A stretch of 64,000 bases of DNA from a virus (IMGVR_UViG_3300043411_001246:7458-71457); one strand, 5' to 3'; counted from the first letter of the stretch, positions 9,612 to 19,397 are shown. Translations and numbers: made by a program. Notes: generated by a model not told the origin, from the sequence alone.

Positions 9612-10223
9612 AGCGACGAGTTTCAGGCCGAGGCCAGGTACGAGCACGAGTCCACGGTGATGGTCTGGAGGGAGAGCGACGTGGCGCCGCCGTCACCCAT
9701 TCCGCCCAACGACGATGTGGGGTGGATGCTCTTGAGCACCATCGAGTCCAAGGTGCTGCGCGATGGCGTGCGTGCCGAGGTCTTGTGTACGTGGCGCCGT
9801 CGGCTGACCGCGCCGCGTCCCGGTGCCAAGCCGGTCAAACCGGCCAAGTCCAAGAGCAAAAAGAAGGCCGATGAACCTGTCGAGCCTGAAGACCCGTGGG
9901 CTCAAAGCGTCTGCCGCGGTGAGCCTCCGGTTCGAGAGCGTGGAACCCCTTGCCCGTCCAGTTCCAGAAGCAGCCTGACCATCGGCGGCCGAGAGGTCTC
10001 GGCGTATCTCGAACACATGGGCGGGATGGCAAGCGTTGTCGTCGCGCCGCCGGATTCGTCTGGCGTTGTCAGCAAGCCTCCCACGTTCAGCAACATGACG
10101 TTCGAGATGGACATGATCGTAAAAGGCGTGGAGCGCCTTGCCGATGGGGACATGGTGAAGGTGAGGCTCTACAACGAGAAGCCGACGGAGTGCGGCGTCA
10201 GAGGGGTCAACCGGATCTTCTGA
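9609..10223 (+). CDS. hypothetical protein
   Basis: Starts at the element ATG; its stop TGA is part of the next element. Confidence 0.65.
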   Translation: MSDEFQAEARYEHESTVMVWRESDVAPPSPIPPNDDVGWMLLSTIESKVLRDGVRAEVLCTWRRRLTAPRPGAKPVKPAKSKSKKKADEPVEPEDPWAQSVCRGEPPVRERGTPCPSSSRSSLTIGGREVSAYLEHMGGMASVVVAPPDSSGVVSKPPTFSNMTFEMDMIVKGVERLADGDMVKVRLYNEKPTECGVRGVNRIF

Positions 10224-10257
10224 CCCCTCGCCGGCCCGGCGTAAGGTCGGGCCCATG
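10220..10257 (+). promoter_or_regulatory. GACCCCTC leaderless promoter element
   Basis: CTGACC-16-TAAGGT-7-ATG(10255). Confidence 0.75.
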
Positions 10258-11148
10258 GGCGAGAACAGCGGAATCTCTTGGTGCCATCACACCCTGAACT
10301 GGTGGATGGGCTGCACGAAGGTCTCGGCGGGCTGCAAGCACTGCTACGCCGAGACGCTGGTAACCACCCGGATGCGGCTGCCGGTCTGGGGTGACAAGGC
10401 CGAACGGAAGGCCACGAGCGCATCGACGCGCAAGCAGGTCCACACCTGGAACCGCAAGGCCAGGGAGGCCGGCGAGCGGCATCGGGTCTTCTGCTCGTCC
10501 CTGTCGGACGTGTTCGAGGACCGGCCCGACCTGGCGCCGATGCGCGCCGAGTTGTTCGCGGCCATCGTCGCGTGTCCTGACCTGGACTTTCTGTTGCTCA
10601 CGAAGCGACCGGAAAACATGGTCCGGCTCGCGCGTGACGCCGGGTGGTCGGGCGCGTGGCCGTCGAACGTCTGGGCGGGTTGCACCGTCGAGAATCAGGC
10701 GATGTTCAGGGAGCGGGTGCCGCACTTGCTTGAGGTGCCGGCGTCGGTGCGGTTCCTGTCGTGTGAACCGCTGCTAGAGAGCATCGACCTGACGCTGGTG
10801 CAGGCCGGTGCCTACGGGGTCAATCCTCTGCACGACATCGGATGGGTGATCGTCGGTGGCGAGAGCGGGCCGGGGGCGCGCCCATTCGATCTGGAGTGGG
10901 CTCGCCAGATCCGGCACCAGTGCAACGCCGCGGGGACGGCGTTCTTTTTCAAGCAACTCGGGGCCCGCCCCACGACGCGACTGGAGAGGGACGAGGTTTG
11001 GCCGGGTCACTCGTTCGGTCAGGGGCCCGTGCAGTTTGATGGCGACGGCTTTGGCAACTATTCCGTGCGTGGCATCAAGGACCGCGCTGGTGCCGACCCC
11101 GCCGAGTGGCCGCTCGATCTGCGGGTGCAGGCGTTCCCCACGCGCTGA
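10255..11148 (+). CDS. phage Gp37/Gp68 (DUF5131) family protein
   Basis: ISWCHHTLNWWMGCTKVSAGCKHCYA, FCSSLSDVFE, LLTKRPE, RFLSCEPLL, WVIVGGESG. Confidence 0.92.
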   Translation: MGENSGISWCHHTLNWWMGCTKVSAGCKHCYAETLVTTRMRLPVWGDKAERKATSASTRKQVHTWNRKAREAGERHRVFCSSLSDVFEDRPDLAPMRAELFAAIVACPDLDFLLLTKRPENMVRLARDAGWSGAWPSNVWAGCTVENQAMFRERVPHLLEVPASVRFLSCEPLLESIDLTLVQAGAYGVNPLHDIGWVIVGGESGPGARPFDLEWARQIRHQCNAAGTAFFFKQLGARPTTRLERDEVWPGHSFGQGPVQFDGDGFGNYSVRGIKDRAGADPAEWPLDLRVQAFPTR

Positions 11149-11181
11149 CCCCTCGCCCGACTCTGGCAAGATCACACCATG
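11145..11181 (+). promoter_or_regulatory. GACCCCTC leaderless promoter element
   Basis: CTGACC-16-CAAGAT-6-ATG(11179). Confidence 0.75.
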
Positions 11182-11391
11182 ACCAAGCCAGAGCCCGCCC
11201 GCCTCATCCGGTCCGATGCGCGGTGGTGGTGCGCCCCCGCCCACGAGTGGACCCGCGAACAACGCCTCGCCACCCGCTACCCGACCCGGGACGCCGCCGA
11301 GAAGGCGCTGCTGTCGATGCTCAAGAGCAAGACTGCGGCGTTCGTCGGTAACGCGAGGATCGTCCGGCTGCGGGGCAAGGTGACCGCGTGA
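11179..11391 (+). CDS. hypothetical protein
   Basis: 70-aa ORF starting at the element ATG. Confidence 0.65.
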   Translation: MTKPEPARLIRSDARWWCAPAHEWTREQRLATRYPTRDAAEKALLSMLKSKTAAFVGNARIVRLRGKVTA

Positions 11392-11816
11392 GGCTCAACG
11401 TGCTGCAAGAGATGTTCGCCCGGGTGTCGGTGCCGCCGGGGTGCTGCGTGGACGTGCGCAAGAATATGGACAACGGCAACGCCTGGCATCGGTTCGAGGT
11501 GGGGTACTACTTCACCGACGAGGTGGCCCGGTGCCAGTTGTCGCCGCGGCAGAAACGCGCAGAGGAACACCGACGCCTCGGACAGTGCGAGCACTTCACC
11601 GACGCCTGGAAGTCGAGCGACCTGTGCGGCGGCACACCAAAGCCGCCGGGTGGTGACCCGGTGAACCGCCGCGTCCTCGCCAAGATCCGCGGCATGACCC
11701 CGGACGACGTGTTCGCCCTGTCGGTCCGGGTCGGCGTCCACAACCCGGACGGCACCCTGACCCCGGAGTACGGCGGCGCCGACCCCTCGCCAGACGGTGG
11801 CAAGGTGGGGCCATGA
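11388..11816 (+). CDS. hypothetical protein
   Basis: GTGA overlap; C-terminus reads through the next element (DPSPDGGKVGP). Confidence 0.55.
   Translation: MRLNVLQEMFARVSVPPGCCVDVRKNMDNGNAWHRFEVGYYFTDEVARCQLSPRQKRAEEHRRLGQCEHFTDAWKSSDLCGGTPKPPGGDPVNRRVLAKIRGMTPDDVFALSVRVGVHNPDGTLTPEYGGADPSPDGGKVGP
11779..11815 (+). promoter_or_regulatory. GACCCCTC leaderless promoter element
   Basis: CCGACC-16-CAAGGT-6-ATG(11813). Confidence 0.75.
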
Positions 11817-12106
11817 AAGTCTATCGCGTGGAGATCCGGTACGAGGTGTTCGTCTGCGCCCCGGACGAGTCCGACGCCGAGAAAGAGGTCCAGGACAACC
11901 GCCGGGAGATCGTGACCAGCGAGACGCCGCAGATCACGACCCTCGGCCCGCTCGAGCAGGTCGCCGCTGACGAGGGCCGGCAGATCCCGTGGGGCTGGCG
12001 TGACGAGGCCAACCCCGACCGCACCGTGGGCGAGTGGGTGGCGCTGGCGAAGGCCACCCCGCCCGCCGACTTGCGCCAGGTCACGCTGCCGGGGGTGGAG
12101 TCGTGA
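11813..12106 (+). CDS. hypothetical protein
   Basis: 97-aa ORF starting at the element ATG. Confidence 0.7.
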   Translation: MKVYRVEIRYEVFVCAPDESDAEKEVQDNRREIVTSETPQITTLGPLEQVAADEGRQIPWGWRDEANPDRTVGEWVALAKATPPADLRQVTLPGVES

Positions 12107-12852
12107 TCGGCGCCGTCCTGCACCTGTGGCAGCGCGCCGTGGACCGGCTGGGCGACGCCTTGGAGGGGCCCGAGATGGCGAGCCTCCGGGTCACGCTGGC
12201 GGCCCTGTCGGCCCGGGTGGCGGCGGCCGAGGGGGAGGCGGCGAGGCTGCTGGGCGAGTTGGCCAACGCCCACCGCGCGTGCGGCCATGCGCTCACAGTC
12301 GAGGCTGCGGCGACCGCGGAGGCGGTGATGGGGCGTGGTGCGGCGCAGGCCGAGGCCGAGAACCTGCGATGCGAGTGCGACGAGTTGCGGGCCGAGGTCG
12401 AGCGACTGCGCGCCGACGCAGAGGCGACGGCGGCCCAGTCGATTGCGGAATGGGGGCGACTCAAGGGGCGTGTGAACGAGGCCATGGATGCCTGCGATCA
12501 GATGGCCAAGGAGCGCGACGAGGCGCGGGCTGACGTTGCGACCGTCGTGGACGATTGCACCGAGGCTCTCAAGTTGCTGGCGGCGGTGCGCAAGGAGCGA
12601 GACGAGGCCCTGCAATGGCGCGGGGTGGCGGCCAGCGTCGAGCGAGAGGTGGCCGAGGACCGTGCGCGGTTGGAGGAGGCCATCCGGGAGCGGGACGACC
12701 TGCGCCGGCTGGTCCGCGCGTTCAAGGTGGCCGAGGACGCCTACTTCGAGGCCGAGGGGAACGTGGCGATTCTGGGCGCGGACAATGCCATGTGTATAGC
12801 CAAAGCCGACCTCTTCGCCGCTCTGCTTGCCGAGGGTGCCGGCGATGGCTGA
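12103..12852 (+). CDS. coiled-coil protein
   Basis: GTGA overlap; repeated KERDEA heptad pattern. Confidence 0.65.
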   Translation: MIGAVLHLWQRAVDRLGDALEGPEMASLRVTLAALSARVAAAEGEAARLLGELANAHRACGHALTVEAAATAEAVMGRGAAQAEAENLRCECDELRAEVERLRADAEATAAQSIAEWGRLKGRVNEAMDACDQMAKERDEARADVATVVDDCTEALKLLAAVRKERDEALQWRGVAASVEREVAEDRARLEEAIRERDDLRRLVRAFKVAEDAYFEAEGNVAILGADNAMCIAKADLFAALLAEGAGDG

Positions 12853-13024
12853 CTGCTTCGGCCTGCGCTTCGCCCGCTGCCGCCGCTTCCCGGCCGGGCT
12901 GTGCGAGGATTGGCGCTATCGTGCCGATGCCCATGCCTTCCGGCTGTCCGCGGACGGCTACCGCTGCCGGTGGGCCCGGGTGCGCCTGCGCGCGGTGGCG
13001 TGCGCTGACCCCTCGCCGCGGTGA
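12845..13024 (+). CDS. small hypothetical protein
   Basis: MADCFG...; ends inside the element (DPSPR). Confidence 0.45.
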   Translation: MADCFGLRFARCRRFPAGLCEDWRYRADAHAFRLSADGYRCRWARVRLRAVACADPSPR

Positions 13025-13042
13025 GGCAAGGTGGCGGGCATG
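13005..13042 (+). promoter_or_regulatory. GACCCCTC leaderless promoter element
   Basis: CTGACC-16-CAAGGT-7-ATG(13040). Confidence 0.75.
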
Positions 13043-13294
13043 GATCGACCACGCCGCCTGACCCACCACGAGCGACAGACGCTCATCAACGCCCGAGACG
13101 CCATGCGCCACGCCGCCGCCCAGCGCCGCCTCGACGGCCACGAGCTGCGCGCCCGGGACGCCGACCAGATCGCTGATGCCATCGACCGCGAGCTGGCCAC
13201 CGACCGTGAGGTACAGGAGCCGCCCGCGCCCCGCCCGAGCCCCAGCGGGGCCGAGGTGTGGATCGGTGACGACGACGATGGGGAGGTGGCGTGA
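13040..13294 (+). CDS. hypothetical protein
   Basis: Starts at the element ATG. Confidence 0.65.
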   Translation: MDRPRRLTHHERQTLINARDAMRHAAAQRRLDGHELRARDADQIADAIDRELATDREVQEPPAPRPSPSGAEVWIGDDDDGEVA

Positions 13295-13599
13295 TGGCGC
13301 GGGGGTTGGCGCTGTTGAACGACGTGGGCATATTCGCCGCGACGGCCCATGCCGTCCACACGAAGGACCGCGCCAGGCGAATCGGCATTGCCGCCGCCGG
13401 GCTTCGTGAATGCGCCGGTCGGATGCGGAACGGGCCGATCCTGTTGCCGGCGGTGTGGCAGCGCGAGGCCACGGCAGCGATGGGCCAATACGACCACGGC
13501 TCGCCGCTCTGGCGTCTGCTGGTGTGCATCGCGTCCGGCAAGGTCACCCGGGAGGACTTGCGGATCTTGGCCGAGGTCGTGGAGGCGCTGAATGGCTGA
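13294..13599 (+). CDS. hypothetical protein
   Basis: TGATG coupling. Confidence 0.55.
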   Translation: MARGLALLNDVGIFAATAHAVHTKDRARRIGIAAAGLRECAGRMRNGPILLPAVWQREATAAMGQYDHGSPLWRLLVCIASGKVTREDLRILAEVVEALNG

Positions 13600-13730
13600 C
13601 CTCTGCGTGACCCCCTCGCCTCGCCCTTGGGTCTACCGCTGGCGGGTGCTGCTGCTCGAAATCTGCTGCTTCCCGGGCCCCGTCATGTACGTCACGCTCC
13701 AGAGCGTCAGCGTCTCGCAGGTGCCGACAG

Positions 13731-14234
13731 ATGGCTAGCGCCCTGCTGGTCTGTGGCAGCCGCAGCCTCACCCGCGACCCGGAGGCGACCGCGTGGGCAA
13801 AGGGCGAGATCGAGGCGAGGGTGCGGGCCGAGGCGCCCGATCTGCTCATGCACGGCGCCGCCTACGGTCCTGACCAGTGGGCCGGTCAGTGCGCGAACGT
13901 GCTGGCCAACGAGGGGCGGCCGGTGCCGTTCGTCCACGCGGTCTACCCGCACGGGATCACGGTCGTGTGGGCCCGCGACCCGGACGGGCGCGGCCTGTGG
14001 TCCGGGCGGCACCCGTGGTCTGACCGCTTGCTCCAGTACGATACCGGCCCGTTTATCCGCAACGCCTACATGGTCAACGCCGTGGCCTACCTCGCCGCGC
14101 TCGGGTGCCGCGTGCTGGTCCTGGGCCTCGTGGACGCCACCAGCGCGACCCGAGGCACCGACCACACCCTGCGCCTCGCACGGGCCGCCGGGCTGACGGT
14201 GGAGCGGCTGGTGTGGGAGGGGCGGGCGCGCTGA
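13731..14234 (+). CDS. SLOG/YspA-like (DUF2493) protein
   Basis: LLVCGSRS..MHGAAYGPD..IRNAYMV..RGTDHT. Confidence 0.7.
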   Translation: MASALLVCGSRSLTRDPEATAWAKGEIEARVRAEAPDLLMHGAAYGPDQWAGQCANVLANEGRPVPFVHAVYPHGITVVWARDPDGRGLWSGRHPWSDRLLQYDTGPFIRNAYMVNAVAYLAALGCRVLVLGLVDATSATRGTDHTLRLARAAGLTVERLVWEGRAR

Positions 14235-14267
14235 CCCCTCTGCAGGTGGGCGCAGAGTGGCGGCATG
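14231..14267 (+). promoter_or_regulatory. GACCCCTC leaderless promoter element
   Basis: CTGACC-16-CAGAGT-6-ATG(14265). Confidence 0.75.
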
Positions 14268-14927
14268 GCTGAAGAGACATCCTTGCTGGACACCATCCGG
14301 GCGTTGAACACCATTGGCGTGTTTACCGAAAATGCCAGCCCCAAGGCGATGAAGGTGCGGGCTAGGACCATCGTGGAGCAACTCAAGCCCATTGCGCGGT
14401 GGGCCACGGATCAGGTGCATGGTTACTGGATAGATGGCGAAGATGACTCCGACTACTGTCGCAAGCACGCCATCGCTGAGCTGAACAAGCTGCGAAGGAT
14501 GGGGGGTCGCAACCTGCGCCTTGGCGGTGGCTACGGCGGTGGTGAGAGCGACTCGCCGCGATTCTGCGAGACGTGTGGCGCGCCTCTCACATGGAGCCCC
14601 ACAGACAGTGGCGTTGGGCAAGAGATGGAGCACTTTGCCAGTCGCCAGCCAAAGCTCCTGGACCCGGATAGCGCCCAAGAAATTGTCGATATTCTTGAAC
14701 TTGCTGCCGAGTGCGACGACGTAGAGCCCGAAGAGTTCGAGGCGGTCTGCATCTGGCTAGAACAGAGCCTGCGCGATGGGGCCATTGAGATGCCTCGGTC
14801 GCGCGGTCGGTGCCGGATGACCCTCGTGGTTGCGCGAGACCGCAAGCGCCGCTGTCGTCGCCGTCGCATCGTCCGTGTCACCTGCCCGGCCCCTGATGCA
14901 CGATGCGCTGACCCCTCTCCCGGCTGA
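14265..14927 (+). CDS. hypothetical protein (CxxH/CxxC zinc-binding-like, lower GC)
   Basis: DYCRKH and FCETCG; ends inside the next element (DPSPG). Confidence 0.65.
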   Translation: MAEETSLLDTIRALNTIGVFTENASPKAMKVRARTIVEQLKPIARWATDQVHGYWIDGEDDSDYCRKHAIAELNKLRRMGGRNLRLGGGYGGGESDSPRFCETCGAPLTWSPTDSGVGQEMEHFASRQPKLLDPDSAQEIVDILELAAECDDVEPEEFEAVCIWLEQSLRDGAIEMPRSRGRCRMTLVVARDRKRRCRRRRIVRVTCPAPDARCADPSPG

Positions 14928-14944
14928 GGCACTGTGCCGCCATG
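14908..14944 (+). promoter_or_regulatory. GACCCCTC leaderless promoter element
   Basis: CTGACC-16-CACTGT-6-ATG(14942). Confidence 0.75.
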
Positions 14945-15766
14945 GCCAAAGCCCCCGACCTCTCCCCGCGCGCCCTGTCCCTCGTGGACAAGCTCCTTGC
15001 CCGCCTGCCCGCCAGCGTGTCCGACCTGGAGACGTGGTGGGAGCGACAGGGTAAGGTGACCCGCCTCGAACTGCGCCGCCTGTTGCGCCAGCTCGACGGC
15101 GACCGCCTGCTGTACGACCGCGACGCCGGGACGGTGCGGCCGATGGGGGCCAAGTCCGCCGCGGTGCCGCCGACGACGATGCGCGACGTGGAGACCGCCG
15201 CCAAGGCTGTTCACACCATGAGGGCCCCGCCATTTGCCCCGCCACGATTCGTGCTCTCACCCAAGGCAAACCGGGCACCGTCCGCGCCTGCTACCACCGT
15301 GGCCGAGGCCCCGACCCCAGACCCGGCGGCCCCGGCGTCGGTGCCCGCGTTCACCATGCCGCCGATCCCCGCCCAGACGCTGCCGTCGTCGGTGCTGGAC
15401 GCCGGCATCCTCACCATCGGTCGCACGGACAAGCCAGCGGGCCCCGTCACGGCGATGGTCGGCGGCGTCACCATGTCCGGGTCGGCCGCCGCGGTGAAGG
15501 CCGCGACCGAAGCCTATCAGCGCGCCCTGCTGTCCCCACCCACGACACCGCGCCCGCCCGCCAAGCCTCGCCAGTCCAGGCCGGTCACCGGGTCCGTGTC
15601 CGAGCGGGTCAGAGCGTCGGTGTGCCGCAAGCCCGGCACCGTGGGCGAGGTGATCGCGCGCTTCCCCGACGTGAACGAGAACACCATTCGCGGCGCCCTC
15701 GGCACCCTCAAGGCCAAGGGGCTGGTCGGTCACACGGGCGGCAAGTACGGGGCGCCTCGTGGCTGA
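14942..15766 (+). CDS. protein with N- and C-terminal winged-helix-like domains
   Basis: TVGEVIARFPDVNENTIRGALGTLKAKGLV wHTH-like C-terminus; Pro/Ala linker. Confidence 0.6.
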   Translation: MAKAPDLSPRALSLVDKLLARLPASVSDLETWWERQGKVTRLELRRLLRQLDGDRLLYDRDAGTVRPMGAKSAAVPPTTMRDVETAAKAVHTMRAPPFAPPRFVLSPKANRAPSAPATTVAEAPTPDPAAPASVPAFTMPPIPAQTLPSSVLDAGILTIGRTDKPAGPVTAMVGGVTMSGSAAAVKAATEAYQRALLSPPTTPRPPAKPRQSRPVTGSVSERVRASVCRKPGTVGEVIARFPDVNENTIRGALGTLKAKGLVGHTGGKYGAPRG

Positions 15767-16250
15767 CCGCATCGTCCTTGGCGTGGACCCCGGCAGCAGC
15801 GACCCGCGCAAGGTCGGCCGCCACGGGTGGGCGTTGCTGCTGTGCCGCCCCGGTCGGCGCCCGGTCTTCCGAGGGTGCGGTCGCGACAAGGTGGAGCCGC
15901 TGGATCTGCTGCGGCAACATGGTTACCTGGACTTGCTCGCCGTCGAGGTGCCGCAGGTCGTCCACCGGATCGAGGCCGTGCGCGGCGTGCTGGATACGCG
16001 CGGATCGGCGGGGACATTCGCGGGCGCCGCATCGGGCATCGGCCTGCCTCTTGTCGAGATGTCGCCGGGGGATTGGCGCTACCGTGTCTGCAAGGCCCGC
16101 AGCCCGAGCGACGCCATGGTCAAAGAGGCAATCCTGGCCATGATCGAGGGGTGGCCGCAGATCAGCAACAACCACGAGCGCGACGCCGCCGGGGTGGCGC
16201 TGGCCGCGTCGATGGTCCCGCCGGTCTTGATCGGGATGGCGAAGCGATGA
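15759..16250 (+). CDS. RuvC-like Holliday junction resolvase
   Basis: IVLGVDPG, LAVE, MSPGDWR, NNHERDAAGVAL acidic catalytic pattern. Confidence 0.75.
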   Translation: MADRIVLGVDPGSSDPRKVGRHGWALLLCRPGRRPVFRGCGRDKVEPLDLLRQHGYLDLLAVEVPQVVHRIEAVRGVLDTRGSAGTFAGAASGIGLPLVEMSPGDWRYRVCKARSPSDAMVKEAILAMIEGWPQISNNHERDAAGVALAASMVPPVLIGMAKR

Positions 16251-16612
16251 CCTTGCAGGTCCACACCGCCCGGATGGGCCTGCGCGACCCGGACATCTTG
16301 CCGGTGACCCGCAAGATCGTCGTGGACCCGGCCGGCGTCCTCTTCGCCCCGTCGGCCGCCATCCTCGACCGCGCCCTTGCCGAACGCCGCGCCGGTCGGT
16401 TGGAGGCCCACTGGCCCGCCTACGTGGCCGCGTACGAGGCTGAGATGCGCGCCTGCTACCGGGCACACCGGGCCGCGTGGGATGCGCTGCTGGCGCGGTC
16501 CCGCGTGGTGCTGCTGTGCTTCTGCACCGACGCCACCCGCTGCCACCGCACCCTCCTCGCGGGGCTGCTGGCGAGGTGTGGCGCCGACAACCGCGGGGAG
16601 GTGACGCCGTGA
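16247..16612 (+). CDS. DUF488-like protein
   Basis: FAPSAAIL..YEAEMR..VVLLCFC..CHRTLLA. Confidence 0.7.
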   Translation: MTLQVHTARMGLRDPDILPVTRKIVVDPAGVLFAPSAAILDRALAERRAGRLEAHWPAYVAAYEAEMRACYRAHRAAWDALLARSRVVLLCFCTDATRCHRTLLAGLLARCGADNRGEVTP

Positions 16613-17115
16613 AGCCCGATCAATACTTTGCGCTGGTCGTGGGAGGATTCCAACCTTCCCCGCTGCTGATCGAGGTGAGCCGACCGGACGCGGACCCGGA
16701 GCGCCTGAGCGCCGTACTTCTCTCGTTCGAGACCGGCGACCTTGCCCGAGAGCGTGGCCAGGCCGAGGCCGAGCGCATCCGGTCGGCCGTCCTGCGCAAC
16801 CCGAACCTGCCGCGCGCCGAGTTCTGGGACTACATGGCCAGCGGCTCCCCGGACATCTGGGTCAACCCGGCCATGGACCTGTTTCTGCTGGAAAACCCGC
16901 GCCCGTTCGATGTGCTGTTGCCGTACCTGTGCCGCGCCGCCATGCGCCTGGTTGACCCACCAATGGCCCGGATGAGCGCGGACTGGTGGCCGAAGTTGGC
17001 CGCCGAGCACCTGCGCGCCCACCGCGTCGGCGGTCACCCGTTCTGGACCAAGTGGGAGGCGACGTTGCGGGACCGGATCGACGCGCCGACCCCCTCACTG
17101 GAGGCGTCAAGATGA
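16609..17115 (+). CDS. hypothetical protein
   Basis: GTGA overlap; ends inside the element. Confidence 0.6.
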   Translation: MKPDQYFALVVGGFQPSPLLIEVSRPDADPERLSAVLLSFETGDLARERGQAEAERIRSAVLRNPNLPRAEFWDYMASGSPDIWVNPAMDLFLLENPRPFDVLLPYLCRAAMRLVDPPMARMSADWWPKLAAEHLRAHRVGGHPFWTKWEATLRDRIDAPTPSLEASR

Positions 17116-17123
17116 GAGCCATG
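17086..17123 (+). promoter_or_regulatory. GACCCCTC-type leaderless promoter element
   Basis: CCGACC-16-CAAGAT-7-ATG(17121); core has one extra C. Confidence 0.65.
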
Positions 17124-17381
17124 AGCGACGACCCCGAACGCCCGCCCCTCACCCTGATCCGCGGTGGCAAGGCCGGCCCCGGCCCCGCCCGCGCCCGGCT
17201 GAACCTGGACGGCGCCCCGGTGCGGGTCCGCGTCGAGATCGCGCCCGACGGCCGCATGGGCGTCGTGGTGGGGTTCGACCACCCGCGCGCGTTCCTGACC
17301 TGGGCCCTGACCCCGGAGGGCGCGCACCAGATGGGCGAGCAGATGGTCAGCGCCGCCTACGCCGCCGGGTGGGAGCCATGA
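17121..17381 (+). CDS. hypothetical protein
   Basis: MSDDPERPPLTLIRGG... Confidence 0.65.
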   Translation: MSDDPERPPLTLIRGGKAGPGPARARLNLDGAPVRVRVEIAPDGRMGVVVGFDHPRAFLTWALTPEGAHQMGEQMVSAAYAAGWEP

Positions 17382-17782
17382 GGGCCGCCACCCTGTCGGC
17401 GGGCAGCCTCGCCCGGCTACGCCCGTCCGACCACCCGCACCACGTCCACTCGGCCGAGCACCTGGCCGCCCTCGTCGCCGTCAACGCCGCGGCCGTGGCG
17501 CTGACCGAGGTGTTCTGGCCAGAGCCCGGCCAGCCCAGTCCGGACCCGGCTGCGGCCATGGACCGGCTCATCGACGCCCTGGACACCCTGGACGACCCGG
17601 GAGCGTGCGCAGGGTGGCCCCTGCCGGCGCAGCCCGCCGACCGCGCCGCCTTGTGGGCCATCGTGACCGAGGCGCGCCGGCTGCGTGCGCAGGGGAAGGC
17701 CGCCCACGGCGCCGACCGAGCGGAGTGGACCGCGGAGATGTTCGCGACGATGGCGCGGCTGTTGGAGCTGGTGTCGCCATGA
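17378..17782 (+). CDS. hypothetical protein
   Basis: ATGA overlap. Confidence 0.6.
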   Translation: MRAATLSAGSLARLRPSDHPHHVHSAEHLAALVAVNAAAVALTEVFWPEPGQPSPDPAAAMDRLIDALDTLDDPGACAGWPLPAQPADRAALWAIVTEARRLRAQGKAAHGADRAEWTAEMFATMARLLELVSP

Positions 17783-18273
17783 CGGGGCCGACCCACCGCG
17801 ACCTGTGCATCCTCGCCGGCAGGTGGCTACGCCGCCGCGGGTGTTCGGTCGTGCTCGTGGACGTGCGGACCAACCGGACATCGGAGCAACCCGACGCCAT
17901 CGGCTGGCAGTACGGGTTTCATTCTCTGTTGGTCGAGGCCAAGACCTCGCGCGCCGACTTCTTCCACGACGCCAAGAAGTGGCACCGTGTCGAGGGTGGC
18001 CACATGGGGCAGCAGCGGTGGTTCCTGGCGCCGCGCGGCCTCGTCACCGCAGCCGAGGTGCCCGAGGGCTGGGGCCTGTTGGAGGTCCGTGGCTCCAAGG
18101 TGTTCGTGGCCAAGGACGCGCCAGAGCGGGACTTTGACCCGAGGCTGTTGCGCAACGAGATGCCGTTGATGGTGGCGCAGATCGAACGGGTACAGCAGGG
18201 GCGCCCCACCCACGTCCTGCCGCTGACCGGCGAGCCTGCCGACGTGGACGGTGTGCAAGAGGCGACGCCATGA
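17779..18273 (+). CDS. PD-(D/E)xK nuclease-like (MmcB-like) protein
   Basis: EQPDAIGW..LVEAKTSRADF..MGQQRWFL..EVPEGWGLL. Confidence 0.75.
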   Translation: MTGPTHRDLCILAGRWLRRRGCSVVLVDVRTNRTSEQPDAIGWQYGFHSLLVEAKTSRADFFHDAKKWHRVEGGHMGQQRWFLAPRGLVTAAEVPEGWGLLEVRGSKVFVAKDAPERDFDPRLLRNEMPLMVAQIERVQQGRPTHVLPLTGEPADVDGVQEATP

Positions 18274-18626
18274 CGGGCCGGGTCCACACCCCGAACGGTC
18301 TGCCGGTCACCTGCGTCCTGTTCGACGGCACCGAGCTGGAGTGCGAGCACGGCGACCACCCGGACTACCTGTTCCCGGTCACGGTCGAGTTCACCGGGTC
18401 ACGCGAGGGGCTGCATGATTTCGAGTGGCAACCGGAGACCCATGCGCTGATCTACACCGACGGGCGCATCGCGGTGACGATGCACGAGTGCTGCTATGCG
18501 ACGTGGTTGCTACCGGAGGGCGAAATGCGCGACGCCGACATACGCGGCGAGTGGCGCCTGTCCCTGGCGTCGGTGGCGGCGATAGCGGCGCATGTCGCCC
18601 GTCGGCCTGACCCCTCTCCCGGGTGA
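18270..18626 (+). CDS. hypothetical protein
   Basis: ATGA overlap; ends inside the element (DPSPG). Confidence 0.65.
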   Translation: MTGRVHTPNGLPVTCVLFDGTELECEHGDHPDYLFPVTVEFTGSREGLHDFEWQPETHALIYTDGRIAVTMHECCYATWLLPEGEMRDADIRGEWRLSLASVAAIAAHVARRPDPSPG

Positions 18627-18643
18627 GGCACCCTCTGGGCATG
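18607..18643 (+). promoter_or_regulatory. GACCCCTC leaderless promoter element
   Basis: CTGACC-16-CACCCT-6-ATG(18641). Confidence 0.7.
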
Positions 18644-19390
18644 ACCCCATCCCCCACCGCTACCCCGCCCGAGGTCTACGCCGTCTGGATTGACGTGGAG
18701 ACCGACGGCCTTGACGAACAGACCGGCAACCTGTTGGAGGTCGGCATCGTCCTGACCGACCGCCACCACGTCGAGATCGCCCGCCGGTCGTGGGTGCTGC
18801 ACTACGCCGGCACCCCGCCCGAGCCGGTCCTGGGCTGGCACACCCGCTCCGGTCTGCTGGCCGAGTGCCTGGCCTCACCCCTGACCCGCGAGGCGGCCGA
18901 GACCGAGATCGTCGCGTGGCTGTGGGCGCACGGCGGCAAGGAACGCGGCTTCGCCGGGCCGCTCCTCGGGGGCCGCAACGCCCACTTTGACCGGCGGTGG
19001 CTGCGTGCCCACCTGCCCCGGGTGGTGGCCCTCTTGAGCCACCGTGGCCTCGACGCCACCACGATGCGCGTGGAGATGCAGGAGGCGGGCATCACCGTGG
19101 CCAAGGGCGAGGCCCACCGCGCGCTGGCCGACCTCGACAACGACCTGGCCATCGCGCGCCGACACCGGCAGGCGTTGCGTGATGGCGTGGACGGGCTGGC
19201 ACTGGCGGCGAGCCTGCCGACCTGTGAGACGTGCGGGGCGGTGGCGACGCATTGGGACAGCGGGACGCTTCGCCTCGGCCGGCTCGTGTACGCCTGCCAG
19301 TCTCATCGGTGGGGCGAGTGCAACGACCCGGTGCCGTGGGACGCCGAGGCCGTCGCGCGCCTGACCCCTCGGCCGGGTAGGGCAGGGTGA
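18641..19390 (+). CDS. oligoribonuclease-like DEDDh 3'-5' exonuclease
   Basis: WIDVETDGLD, LLEVG, NAHFDRRWL, HRALAD; C-terminal CxxC. Confidence 0.85.
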   Translation: MTPSPTATPPEVYAVWIDVETDGLDEQTGNLLEVGIVLTDRHHVEIARRSWVLHYAGTPPEPVLGWHTRSGLLAECLASPLTREAAETEIVAWLWAHGGKERGFAGPLLGGRNAHFDRRWLRAHLPRVVALLSHRGLDATTMRVEMQEAGITVAKGEAHRALADLDNDLAIARRHRQALRDGVDGLALAASLPTCETCGAVATHWDSGTLRLGRLVYACQSHRWGECNDPVPWDAEAVARLTPRPGRAG

Positions 19391-19397
19391 GGCCATG
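19361..19397 (+). promoter_or_regulatory. GACCCCTC leaderless promoter element
   Basis: CTGACC-16-CAGGGT-6-ATG(19395). Confidence 0.75.

Noticed and set aside
13607-13650. Additional GACCCCCTC copy
   Set aside because: No nAnnnT hexamer at the 16-nt spacing and no ATG at the expected distance.
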